Made by a program: the position numbers and the translations under genes. The notes beneath the pieces are model-generated. The model was given only the letters and a program-made list of their open reading frames with translations, was not told the origin of the DNA and searched no databases. DNA of 42,996 nucleotides from a virus: the IMG/VR virus record IMGVR_UViG_3300029131_000011, positions 1 to 42,996 of that record. The stretch is one strand, 5' to 3'. The stretch's first letter is position 1; each line of letters begins with the position of its first letter. Positions 7,080 through 13,885 of this stretch are shown in pieces.

Positions 7080-7898
7080 TCACTGTGCGTCACCGTCGCT
7101 TTCGATGACCTCGCCGGTCGTCTCATCCACGGTGAAGTTCTCCGTCTCGATGACCGTGTCATCGCTCACGGAATACATGTCCTCGCTGATCTTCGTTTTG
7201 ATGGTCTCGTCCTGCGCCACCGCGCGGACAAAGTCGCTCTTGAGCGGCGCATACTTGAGCACGCGCTTGAGCACAGTCTTCTTCGCCATCTCCTCGAAAT
7301 TCGTTTGCCACGGCCCGTTGATGTAGGCCTTGGAAAAGCGCTTCGCGTGGTTACGAACGTCCTCAACGCTCATCACGTCATAGCCAAAGCCACCATCCTT
7401 TGTGCGGAACATCGCGTAGATGAATTTCGGCTCACCGCGCTCACCGCTGGCGGGCTTGTGGTTGAGTTTCGGCTCAAGGCCGAAGGAATACTCAAACTCG
7501 TCGTTCTCGTAAACGACCTGCGCCTGAATAATGCTGACCTCACCGCTGCGGTACGCAAGGTCAATAAGCCCCTTGTACCCCAGTTGGAATTGGCATTCCA
7601 GTTGGCCGTGGTTGCGGTACGGAATCAGGTATGCCTGCCCGAGCGGCGTGTTCGGCTCCATGCCGAGCTGTGCTGCCGTCATCATCGCGCCGAGGAAACT
7701 TTGCGGCGTGGTCTGCGCAAGCTGCTTGTTTGCGCTCAACGCGGAAAGCGTGATGCGTGTGAAGCGCTCCGGCGTGATGACGCTCGGCAGCGCCTTTGCG
7801 ATCTCACCCTCCATCTGCTTGATGTACTGCTGCATCGTGGGATTGCCTTTCTTTACGGCCTGCGCGCCCTGCGCGTTCTGAATCAATCCTTCCTTCAT
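7080..7898 (-). CDS. recT: RecT-family single-strand annealing recombinase
   Basis: ERFTRITLSALSANKQL...SFLGAMMTAAQLGMEPNTPLGQAYLIPY...QFQLGYKGLIDLA is the RecT pattern. Confidence 0.9.
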   Translation of the reverse strand: MKEGLIQNAQGAQAVKKGNPTMQQYIKQMEGEIAKALPSVITPERFTRITLSALSANKQLAQTTPQSFLGAMMTAAQLGMEPNTPLGQAYLIPYRNHGQLECQFQLGYKGLIDLAYRSGEVSIIQAQVVYENDEFEYSFGLEPKLNHKPASGERGEPKFIYAMFRTKDGGFGYDVMSVEDVRNHAKRFSKAYINGPWQTNFEEMAKKTVLKRVLKYAPLKSDFVRAVAQDETIKTKISEDMYSVSDDTVIETENFTVDETTGEVIESDGDAQ

Positions 7899-8881
7899 CT
7901 TTCTTTATCCTCCTTCACCGCAAACTTGCGGAAATTTGTCGTTTTGTAGTAACTGCTCAAGTCCACCTCGGGGTGATCCTTGGCAAACGTCTTTGCGTCA
8001 AAGGTCTGCCGCGACTGCCCCTTCCAGTCGACCGTGTATTTCCCACAGTAGCCGCGCTCGTTGTCACCGAGGTCGGTCATCAACTGCTGCTTGATGGCGT
8101 CCGCGTCCTCCTCGATGGCCTTTTTGCGGCTCATCAGGTATTGATACTGCTCGATGAGGCTTTCGCGCCCGAACAGCTCTACCTCTCCGCCGCCACCCTC
8201 GTAGATGGTCGTGATCGTGTCGGTCGTGCTCTCCGCCCCATCCATAGGAGGCGGGTTGTCGGAGTCCACGTAGTCGCGCCAGAAGTCCTCCGCGCAGCGC
8301 TTGACGGCCTCGATCTCTTCCGGGCTGACGTATACGCTGCTTTCGCACCATTCCGGCGTGTCATCGTCTTTGACCGTCGTGATCTGGTAGCAATAGAAGC
8401 CCTTGCCGAGCACCAGCGCAGAGAGATACCACCGGGCCCAACCGGTCACGGCCAGATACGTCACGCACTGCGCGTAGTAGCTTTCGGGGAAGTCCCCGCC
8501 CTCGTAGCGCTTGAGGTTCAGCGCGCTCGCGGTTTTGCATTCAAGGCCGGAGCTTTCGCCGAGGATCTGCCGGTCGATGTTGGCGTGCAGGTGAGGGCAA
8601 TCCTCGCGGCGCAGCAGGTAGTTCATGCGGCGCACCGCCTTGCGGCTCGCCTCTTCAAAGCGGCTTGCCACATACGGCTCAAGATCGCGCCCGACGCGCA
8701 TCGCCTCGTTTTCCGGCTCTTCGTCAATCCTGCCGGTCTTCTCCGCCCATACCGTGTAGGGCGAACGGTATTTATTCAGGCCCAGCACCGCGCCCATGTC
8801 GCTGCCGCCGAGGCTCTTCTTGCGCTCTTTAAGCCACTCCTCGCGGCTCATCCCGCGCGTCGATATCTTCTGCATCTTCAT
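7895..8881 (-). CDS. YqaJ-like (lambda Exo-type) recombination exonuclease
   Basis: ATG 8881 follows GGGGAGA. EEWLKERKKSLGGSDMGAVLGLNKYRSPYTVW...GRDLEPYV...LECK is the YqaJ viral recombinase pattern. Confidence 0.85.
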   Translation of the reverse strand: MKMQKISTRGMSREEWLKERKKSLGGSDMGAVLGLNKYRSPYTVWAEKTGRIDEEPENEAMRVGRDLEPYVASRFEEASRKAVRRMNYLLRREDCPHLHANIDRQILGESSGLECKTASALNLKRYEGGDFPESYYAQCVTYLAVTGWARWYLSALVLGKGFYCYQITTVKDDDTPEWCESSVYVSPEEIEAVKRCAEDFWRDYVDSDNPPPMDGAESTTDTITTIYEGGGGEVELFGRESLIEQYQYLMSRKKAIEEDADAIKQQLMTDLGDNERGYCGKYTVDWKGQSRQTFDAKTFAKDHPEVDLSSYYKTTNFRKFAVKEDKER

Positions 8882-9047
8882 CTTTGTCTCCCCTGTAGTT
8901 TTCGAAATAGGATTCCTCTGCACCGCAGTCCGGGCAGAAAAGCTCTTTTTCGGTCTGGTATCCACGCTCCCCGTCCAGATTCACGCGATGCAGAACGACG
9001 TCCGGCTCGTCAAAAATGAGGTGGCAGCAGGTGCAGCGATAGATCAT
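8829..9047 (-). CDS. Small zinc-ribbon protein
   Basis: CTCC....(36)....CPDC pairs. ATGA overlap with the upstream gene. 3' end overlaps the exonuclease start by about 50 nt. Confidence 0.55.
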   Translation of the reverse strand: MIYRCTCCHLIFDEPDVVLHRVNLDGERGYQTEKELFCPDCGAEESYFENYRGDKDEDAEDIDARDEPRGVA

Positions 9048-9577
9048 TGTTCGCCCTCCAAATACGCCATCGCGCTCTGCACGCCGAATACGCGCGCCGC
9101 CTGATGGTTGTCGAAAAACACGTCGATGTGGTTCCCGTTCACGCCACCGCCGCAGTCCTCGGCGATGTAGCTGTGCTGCGTGCCGTCCGGCCAGATCAGC
9201 AGGACGCGCGAGCCGTAAGGGATCACCTTCGGGTCAACCGCGATCGTGCGTCCATCGGTCGCCAGCGTGCCAGTCGCGGTGTAGCCGCTTGCCCACTTGC
9301 CGCAGCAGCAGCGTCCGGGGCAATAGGCCGTCAGCGTAAATTCGCCGAGAAACACGTCATTACAAACGGCGCTCTCCGTCGCGGGCTTGTCCCACGCGGG
9401 ATCATACTCCTCAACGACTACCGAGGATTCCTCGGGACTTGCTTCGACCGCCTGCGCGCTGGTAGCGAGGATGGAGACCACGATCAAGATGACCGCCGCG
9501 CCCAGGCACGCCGCCGCGAACAGTGCAGATTCATCGGCCTTGCGCTGCTCTCTCGTGCGCTTGTCGTGCCGTCTCAC
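9044..9577 (-). CDS. Membrane-anchored 3D-domain (MltA/YuiC-like cell-wall-binding or lytic transglycosylase-like) protein
   Basis: TM segment AACLGAAVILIVVSILA, then FTLTAYCPG..CCGKWASGYTATGT.A.DGRTIAVDP.VIPYGS.V..... is the 3D-domain pattern. GTG 9577 is in a GTGA overlap with the small upstream ORF; the alternative start is 9637. Confidence 0.7.
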   Translation of the reverse strand: MRRHDKRTREQRKADESALFAAACLGAAVILIVVSILATSAQAVEASPEESSVVVEEYDPAWDKPATESAVCNDVFLGEFTLTAYCPGRCCCGKWASGYTATGTLATDGRTIAVDPKVIPYGSRVLLIWPDGTQHSYIAEDCGGGVNGNHIDVFFDNHQAARVFGVQSAMAYLEGEQ

Positions 9578-9729
9578 CGTCTGCACCCCCTGTCGATATA
9601 CGGCAGCAGATCGTACAGCACCTTGCACACCGCGCACGCGCCGATAACGGCGAGGCCCGTCGTAAAGTCGCAGCCGTTGAGCGCGATCACCGCAGCGGCG
9701 ATGCCGCCGAAAAACAACGTGTCGATCAT
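9574..9729 (-). CDS. Small hydrophobic membrane peptide (51 aa, below the ORF-track cutoff)
   Basis: MIDTLFFGGIAAAVIALNGCDFTTGLAVIGACAVCKVLYDLLPYIDRGCRR. GGAGG lies 6 nt upstream. ATGA overlap upstream and GTGA overlap downstream. Confidence 0.6.
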   Translation of the reverse strand: MIDTLFFGGIAAAVIALNGCDFTTGLAVIGACAVCKVLYDLLPYIDRGCRR

Positions 9730-9971
9730 TTCGCGCCTCCGATCAGCATGAGCTTTTCCGCGTCCGTAAATTGCAAAACTCGGTCAAGCTCCCAGATTTC
9801 TTCTAACGTCCAGCGGGAACGCCCCGCCATTCTGTTACAAATCTGCGTTTCCGATAAGCCGATTTCCTCGCCCAGCTCCTTGCCGGTGCGAATCAACGCC
9901 CGTCCCATCGCGCCGCGCACGGCTCGCTCAAGGTCATTTCGCCGTCGCGTTAGCTGTTGTGGCTTTAGCAT
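9726..9971 (-). CDS. Small HTH-like protein (81 aa)
   Basis: ATG 9971 follows AAAGGAAAAGG. GKELGEEIGLSETQICNRMAGRSRW is an HTH-like pattern. Confidence 0.55.
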   Translation of the reverse strand: MLKPQQLTRRRNDLERAVRGAMGRALIRTGKELGEEIGLSETQICNRMAGRSRWTLEEIWELDRVLQFTDAEKLMLIGGAK

Positions 9972-10079
9972 CTTGCCTTTTCCTTTCTCTCGTGCTACAA
10001 TAAGCACGGACACAATATCTTGTGGTGAGATTTGTCCCACCCGCCCCGCTCGATGCTGCAACATTGGGCGGGGCATTTT

Positions 10080-10715
10080 TTATTCAACTCCGACAACATG
10101 GTATCTGCCGTATCCGCTCGAACGACCGGAACCGATGCCAAGGCCAAACCCAGCTATATTGATAATGTTTACGATTTGGTCAAGCGTGTAGACATTCTCG
10201 GTGTATGTGATGTGGATTTGCGATGACCACCCGGAAAACCGATTGATGTACACCAGAACAGGTTTGCCGCGCTTCGGAGACATCAGCGTTTTGTCAACGA
10301 AATGCTCCGCGAACTTCACGGGCTCTAAACGAGCCGTAACATTCATGGCAGTGTCAAACTTCGTCGCGTAAGTGTCGATCTCATTTCGCACGACTGCCTG
10401 ACAGAAGGACTTTTTCAAGCCGAAGCCCGTAATGCAGGGCGCGTTGTTCGTCAGCATATCGCGCAAGGTCTCCTCGGTCATGTCGCGGTAAGTGTCCTCC
10501 ACGGGGTATCCGTCCCGCCAGTGAATTGCCGTGATGATGTCCTCCCAGATGTTGGGGACTTCCTTGATGGTCTTCTTGCCATCGCGGGCGGCGATCAGTT
10601 CTCGGACGGCGCGGGCGTTCATCTTGTTCAACACAAGGTCGCCATCACCTTCAATCAGGATTGTTGCCTGTTCGATTTTTACAGGCTGGACTTCGATAAT
10701 GCGCTCTTTCGTCAT
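10080..10715 (-). CDS. Unknown early protein with a C-terminal glycine-rich loop resembling the RAMP (Cas5/6/7) G-loop
   Basis: 211 aa, SD AGGAGG. Ends ...NIAGFGLGIGSGRSSGYGRYHVVGVE (G-h-G-x5-G-h-G pattern). No other motif recognised. Confidence 0.7.
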   Translation of the reverse strand: MTKERIIEVQPVKIEQATILIEGDGDLVLNKMNARAVRELIAARDGKKTIKEVPNIWEDIITAIHWRDGYPVEDTYRDMTEETLRDMLTNNAPCITGFGLKKSFCQAVVRNEIDTYATKFDTAMNVTARLEPVKFAEHFVDKTLMSPKRGKPVLVYINRFSGWSSQIHITYTENVYTLDQIVNIINIAGFGLGIGSGRSSGYGRYHVVGVE

Positions 10716-10738
10716 CTTTCATTTCCTCCTTGATTTGC

Positions 10739-10856
10739 TCGTGCGCTTGCTGTGGCTTATGCTGTGCTTTCTTGTTATGTTCTATGGTTTTCTTATCTTT
10801 TCGTTTTCTTTAAAGTTCTGTGATCATGGCCTTCATAAGCCACAACAAGCGCACGA
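10739..10856 (-). ncRNA. Long-range 23-bp RNA duplex (arms 10739..10761 and 10834..10856, 72-nt loop) in the 5' leader of gene 10080..10715
   Basis: Arms are tcgtgcgcttgctgtggcttatg / cataagccacaacaagcgcacga. The single non-Watson-Crick position is a U-G wobble on the minus-strand transcript and a C-A mismatch on the plus strand. Lies in a 331-bp ORF-poor gap. Confidence 0.5.
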
Positions 10857-11046
10857 TGTTGTTTTGTTCTGTCGGGTAATTTGTTGTTATGCGCGGTCAT
10901 GTACTATCGTCTGCGGTAAGCAGAAACAGAAGCGTGTAGTGTAGTGTAATGTTTTATGTTGTCATATATAGATGTTTAGTGTCCTGGTCTCTTGCTTTAT
11001 TTTGCTACGGAGCTACGCGCCCCTGTTTCCGCTTACCGCCGTTTTG

Positions 11047-11490
11047 CTATCCGGCAACCTTGTCGATGGCGTCAAACACGCCGTCAAGCTCCGCCAGTGT
11101 TTTGTACTTCGCCCGGAAACTGGTCAGCTCTGCAAGAGCGCGGTCAAGCAGCTTTCGGTATTCGTCCTTGTCCTGCATAATCATGACGGTCGGCTTGTAT
11201 CCGCTGTCTGCGTCTGTCTTGAAGAACACTCGAACTTCGGGGCGGAGTGTATCGTTCTTCTCCTTGATAACAAGGTTACAAACGATGTGCCGCGCCTGCT
11301 GCAAACGCCACTTCTCGGCGGCTTCTGCATCGTCCCAATCAAAGCACTTATGCAGCTCCGTCTGCTCGTCCCTCGCCTTGTCGAGGATTTGGGCGGTCGT
11401 TGCGGAGTTCCCGATTTCCAAGATTTCGTCAGCGACCTTTTGCGCGTCAGCGGAAATGCGGCAGCCGCTTTTCCATGCTGCAAAAATCAT
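11047..11490 (-). CDS. Hypothetical early protein (147 aa)
   Basis: SD CAGGAGG. Contains LHKCFDWDDAEAAEKWRLQQARHIV. Function not recognised. Confidence 0.7.
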   Translation of the reverse strand: MIFAAWKSGCRISADAQKVADEILEIGNSATTAQILDKARDEQTELHKCFDWDDAEAAEKWRLQQARHIVCNLVIKEKNDTLRPEVRVFFKTDADSGYKPTVMIMQDKDEYRKLLDRALAELTSFRAKYKTLAELDGVFDAIDKVAG

Positions 11491-11510
11491 CTTTAACCTC
11501 CTGTTGCGTG

Positions 11511-11717
11511 TTAGTTTTCTTCGCTGGATTCCAACAGCTCATCCGCGGTCACGCCGAAGTGCTTTGCCAGCTTCTTGACTTGGCGCGGATGCGGGCGGCG
11601 CACGCCCTCTTTCCAGTTTTTGATCGACGTCTGCGATACGTCGATTTCTTTTGCAAGACGATAATTCGTCTCGCCACGCTCAGTTTGCAGCCGAGCCAGA
11701 TTCTCAGGAAAACTCAA
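11511..11717 (-). CDS. Cro-like XRE-family HTH regulator (first gene of the early leftward operon)
   Basis: TTG start 8 nt after AAGGAG. ETNYRLAKEIDVSQTSIKNWKEG HTH. Divergent from the plus-strand lysogeny genes. Confidence 0.75.
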   Translation of the reverse strand: MSFPENLARLQTERGETNYRLAKEIDVSQTSIKNWKEGVRRPHPRQVKKLAKHFGVTADELLESSEEN

Positions 11718-11796
11718 TTTATCAACTCCTTTCTTAGTGTTGCCCCCTTCAATCCCATCGTGATAAAATGGAGTAAAGAAGGGAGGTGAATTACCT

Positions 11797-11997
11797 GTGA
11801 AGCAATTTTCTGATTTTCAAAAATCCATAAACTTCGACAAATTGGATTACGATATGTCAAAGTTAGCCGATAAATCACTTTTGCAATCAAGTGATTTATT
11901 TACGCAGGAACAATACGATTTTTTGACAAAAACAACCGCCGTCATGCTTCTGGGGCTTCTTCGCCAGTATCACGAATGGCTGAACGAAAAGAATTAG
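11797..11997 (+). CDS. Hypothetical small protein (66 aa), lysogeny-side
   Basis: GTG start after GGGAGGTG. Upstream candidate promoter TTGCCC-18-TGATAAAAT. AT-rich. Confidence 0.55.
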   Translation: MKQFSDFQKSINFDKLDYDMSKLADKSLLQSSDLFTQEQYDFLTKTTAVMLLGLLRQYHEWLNEKN

Positions 11998-12136
11998 CCA
12001 TCGTCTCAAGGCAGTCCGAGATTGTAGTTCGTCCAACGTCTTTCTCGCCGATCAAAACTGAAACTTCCATGCCTCGCTGGCCTTGTAGTGCAAGTACAAG
12101 GTCAGCGATTTCTTTCGCCGTTGCCTCAATTTTCAC
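11942..12136 (-). CDS. Hypothetical small protein (64 aa)
   Basis: GTG start after GGAGGTGAATAA. Converges on, and overlaps, 11797..11997 by 56 nt. Confidence 0.5.
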   Translation of the reverse strand: MKIEATAKEIADLVLALQGQRGMEVSVLIGEKDVGRTTISDCLETMANSFRSAIRDTGEEAPEA

Positions 12137-12165
12137 TTATTCACCTCCAAAATTAGAGTATTCTA

Positions 12166-12194
12166 TTGACAAATTGGAGTATTGGTGCTACTCT
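12166..12194 (+). promoter_or_regulatory. Candidate sigma-A promoter (TTGACA, 17 nt, TGcTACTCT) bracketed by the 8-bp inverted repeat ttagagta/tactctaa
   Basis: Read directly. Inverted-repeat arms at 12153..12160 and 12189..12196. Confidence 0.45.
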
Positions 12195-12284
12195 AAGTTT
12201 TGCTACAAACATTGATTCGCGCCAGCTCGATTTGTCGGGGTGGTCTGGTTTCTTATTGCCTGTCCACGAATCTAATTATAGTCG

Positions 12285-12338
12285 AAGTTAGACCATTAGT
12301 CAACCTAAATTAGACCGTCAAAATAACCTAAGTTAGAC
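12285..12338. repeat. Three direct repeats, consensus aacctaaRttagacYgt, phased every 22 bp, immediately upstream of the HTH gene
   Basis: aagttagacc 12285, aaattagacc 12307 and aagttagact 12329, so the spacing is exactly 22 bp twice. Confidence 0.7.
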
Positions 12339-12339
12339 T

Positions 12340-12702
12340 GTGATTTTTATGGGATTTACCAGAAATTTTAACTATTGCATGGATAGCGCAAGATACTCTT
12401 CGTATCGATTTGCTAAAATCCTTGGCGTAAACTTACAAAGCGTTTCTAACTGGAAAAACGGCGCAGTTGTTCCGCACCCAAAGACCCGCCAGAAGATCGC
12501 TGACCATTTCGGCATCACCCTTGCCGAGCTGGACGGCGACGAGCTTCCCGTCCTGCCGGAAGATGGCGCAAAAAAAGCCCCCGCCACAGAGGGCGAGGGC
12601 GAAAAGGACGCGCTTATTAAAGCTGTCGGGGAAATAACTGATAAAGATACGGCGCTGGCCGTTTTCGATGAGCTTAGTAAAAAAATGCGGGAGCTAATGT
12701 AA
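12340..12702 (+). CDS. XRE-family HTH regulator (repressor candidate); start uncertain (GTG 12340, ATG 12349 or ATG 12379), no SD, possibly leaderless
   Basis: YSSYRFAKILGVNLQSVSNWKNG HTH, then an acidic/Gly-rich linker and a helical C-terminus. Confidence 0.7.
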   Translation: MIFMGFTRNFNYCMDSARYSSYRFAKILGVNLQSVSNWKNGAVVPHPKTRQKIADHFGITLAELDGDELPVLPEDGAKKAPATEGEGEKDALIKAVGEITDKDTALAVFDELSKKMRELM

Positions 12703-12893
12703 TGCCTACTTTCTACCCATCAAATCCGCAAGACCGCATGAAAACCGAAGCGGAGCGGAAAGACCATGAGCGGCTGCAAAAAGAGCAAGGCGAAAAGGAA
12801 CGCCGCGAGAAAATGCGGTTTATTATTACTGCTGTTCTTTCTGGCATTGCGGCGCTCGCTGCTGTTGCAGGAGTGATAATTCAACTTGCTTGA
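12702..12893 (+). CDS. Small tail-anchored membrane protein (63 aa)
   Basis: TAATG overlap with the upstream gene. Charged N-terminus, then FIITAVLSGIAALAAVAGVIIQLA. Confidence 0.6.
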   Translation: MPTFYPSNPQDRMKTEAERKDHERLQKEQGEKERREKMRFIITAVLSGIAALAAVAGVIIQLA

Positions 12894-13017
12894 GCGCAAT
12901 TAGCGTGTCAATCTTGTCTGAGATTTCCTTCAATCCAAATACAACGTCGTTGATCTGGCCTTTCATAATGATGCTGTTCTCTGCCAGTTTGGAAATGTCA
13001 AACTCATAGCCCTTCAT
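12826..13017 (-). CDS. Hypothetical small protein (63 aa)
   Basis: ATG 13017 is in an ATGA overlap with the upstream small gene. 3' end overlaps 12702..12893 by 68 nt on the opposite strand. Confidence 0.45.
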   Translation of the reverse strand: MKGYEFDISKLAENSIIMKGQINDVVFGLKEISDKIDTLIALKQVELSLLQQQRAPQCQKEQQ

Positions 13018-13157
13018 AGCACACCTCTTTCTTTTAATTTTGAAAATACTTCTGCGCAATCCGCAGGGGGTAACTGGTCTATCATTTCAAGGATTGGTTT
13101 GCGCAATTCCTCAAGGTCGGCTTTATCCGGCTCGCGGAGTTTTTTGAGTTTCCCCAT
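13014..13157 (-). CDS. Hypothetical small protein (47 aa), nearly leaderless
   Basis: ATG 13157 lies 13 nt downstream of a -10 element. MGKLKKLREPDKADLEELRKPILEMIDQLPPADCAEVFSKLKERGVL. The ORF-track start at 13217 is a TTG inside the promoter region. Confidence 0.45.
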   Translation of the reverse strand: MGKLKKLREPDKADLEELRKPILEMIDQLPPADCAEVFSKLKERGVL

Positions 13158-13170
13158 CAACTGTGATTTT

Positions 13171-13199
13171 ATTGTATCATTTTTTACGCCATTACACAA
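13171..13199 (-). promoter_or_regulatory. Candidate promoter (minus strand): TTGTGT, 17 nt, TGATACAAT extended -10
   Basis: The plus strand reads attgta at 13171..13176, tca at 13177..13179 and acacaa at 13194..13199. Confidence 0.5.
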
Positions 13200-13285
13200 C
13201 GTTTTGTGTCCCTCCAAGTAATTATAGTAACGGGCCTATATGTCGATTGTCGCACATAGCGGTGCAAGCATCAATATTTCGAAGT

Positions 13286-13327
13286 AAAGGCACTGCCGCC
13301 CTCTGCAACAAACGGCAGTGCCTTTTT
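13286..13327 (+). terminator. Rho-independent terminator (13-bp perfect stem aaaggcactgccg/cggcagtgccttt plus T-run)
   Basis: Read directly. The T-run follows on the plus strand; the minus-strand version has a weaker U-tract. Confidence 0.6.
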
Positions 13328-13492
13328 GCAGCCAGCGGGAAGCGGTCGCCGCTGCTTGCTTTGACCATACTCCGCTTTACCTTGGCAATTCAACACCGAA
13401 ACATTGCAATAAAACAGCGCTCGACGTGGTTCGACAAGCCATCATCTTGCGACTTCGCGGCGCGAAAATCGGAAAAAATTAAGGTGGCGTAC

Positions 13493-13885
13493 ATGAACAT
13501 TCAAGAAGTGTGCAGAATCCGTAAAGAAGAATTGAAACTGACCTATCAGGACATTTCCGACGCTTCCGGCGTGCCGCTGTCCACCGTGCAGAATTTCTTT
13601 TCCAAATTTTCCAAAGCCCCGTCCATTTATACCGTCGCGCCCATCTGCAAGACGCTGGGGATATCGCTTGATGAAGTGTTTGGAATTTCCGAACGGTTGA
13701 CGCCGACCGAGGAAACTTTGCAAGCGCGCAACGATGAGCTGGAACGCCACGTTGACGCGAAAGCGGACATGATCGAGATCATGCGGCGCGGAGTGCGTAT
13801 CCGAAACATTGTGATTGCTATAATGTTTGTCATTATCGTCTTGCTGGCCGCGTGGTGCTTGTACATTGATTGGAGGGGGATTTAA
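13493..13885 (+). CDS. Membrane-anchored HTH protein (N-terminal XRE-like HTH, coiled coil, C-terminal TM)
   Basis: ATG after AAGGTGG. LTYQDISDASGVPLSTVQNFFS HTH. C-terminal IVIAIMFVIIVLLAAWCLYI. TAATG overlap with the integrase gene. Confidence 0.75.
   Translation: MNIQEVCRIRKEELKLTYQDISDASGVPLSTVQNFFSKFSKAPSIYTVAPICKTLGISLDEVFGISERLTPTEETLQARNDELERHVDAKADMIEIMRRGVRIRNIVIAIMFVIIVLLAAWCLYIDWRGI

Noticed and set aside
5023-9019. Long plus-strand ORFs 5023..5955 (310 aa), 6747..7949 (400 aa) and 7973..9019 (348 aa)
   Set aside because: They are antisense shadows of well-supported minus-strand genes (RusA, organizer, SSB, RecT, exonuclease). They have Arg/Ala/Leu/Pro-rich low-complexity translations, no SD sites and no recognisable motifs.
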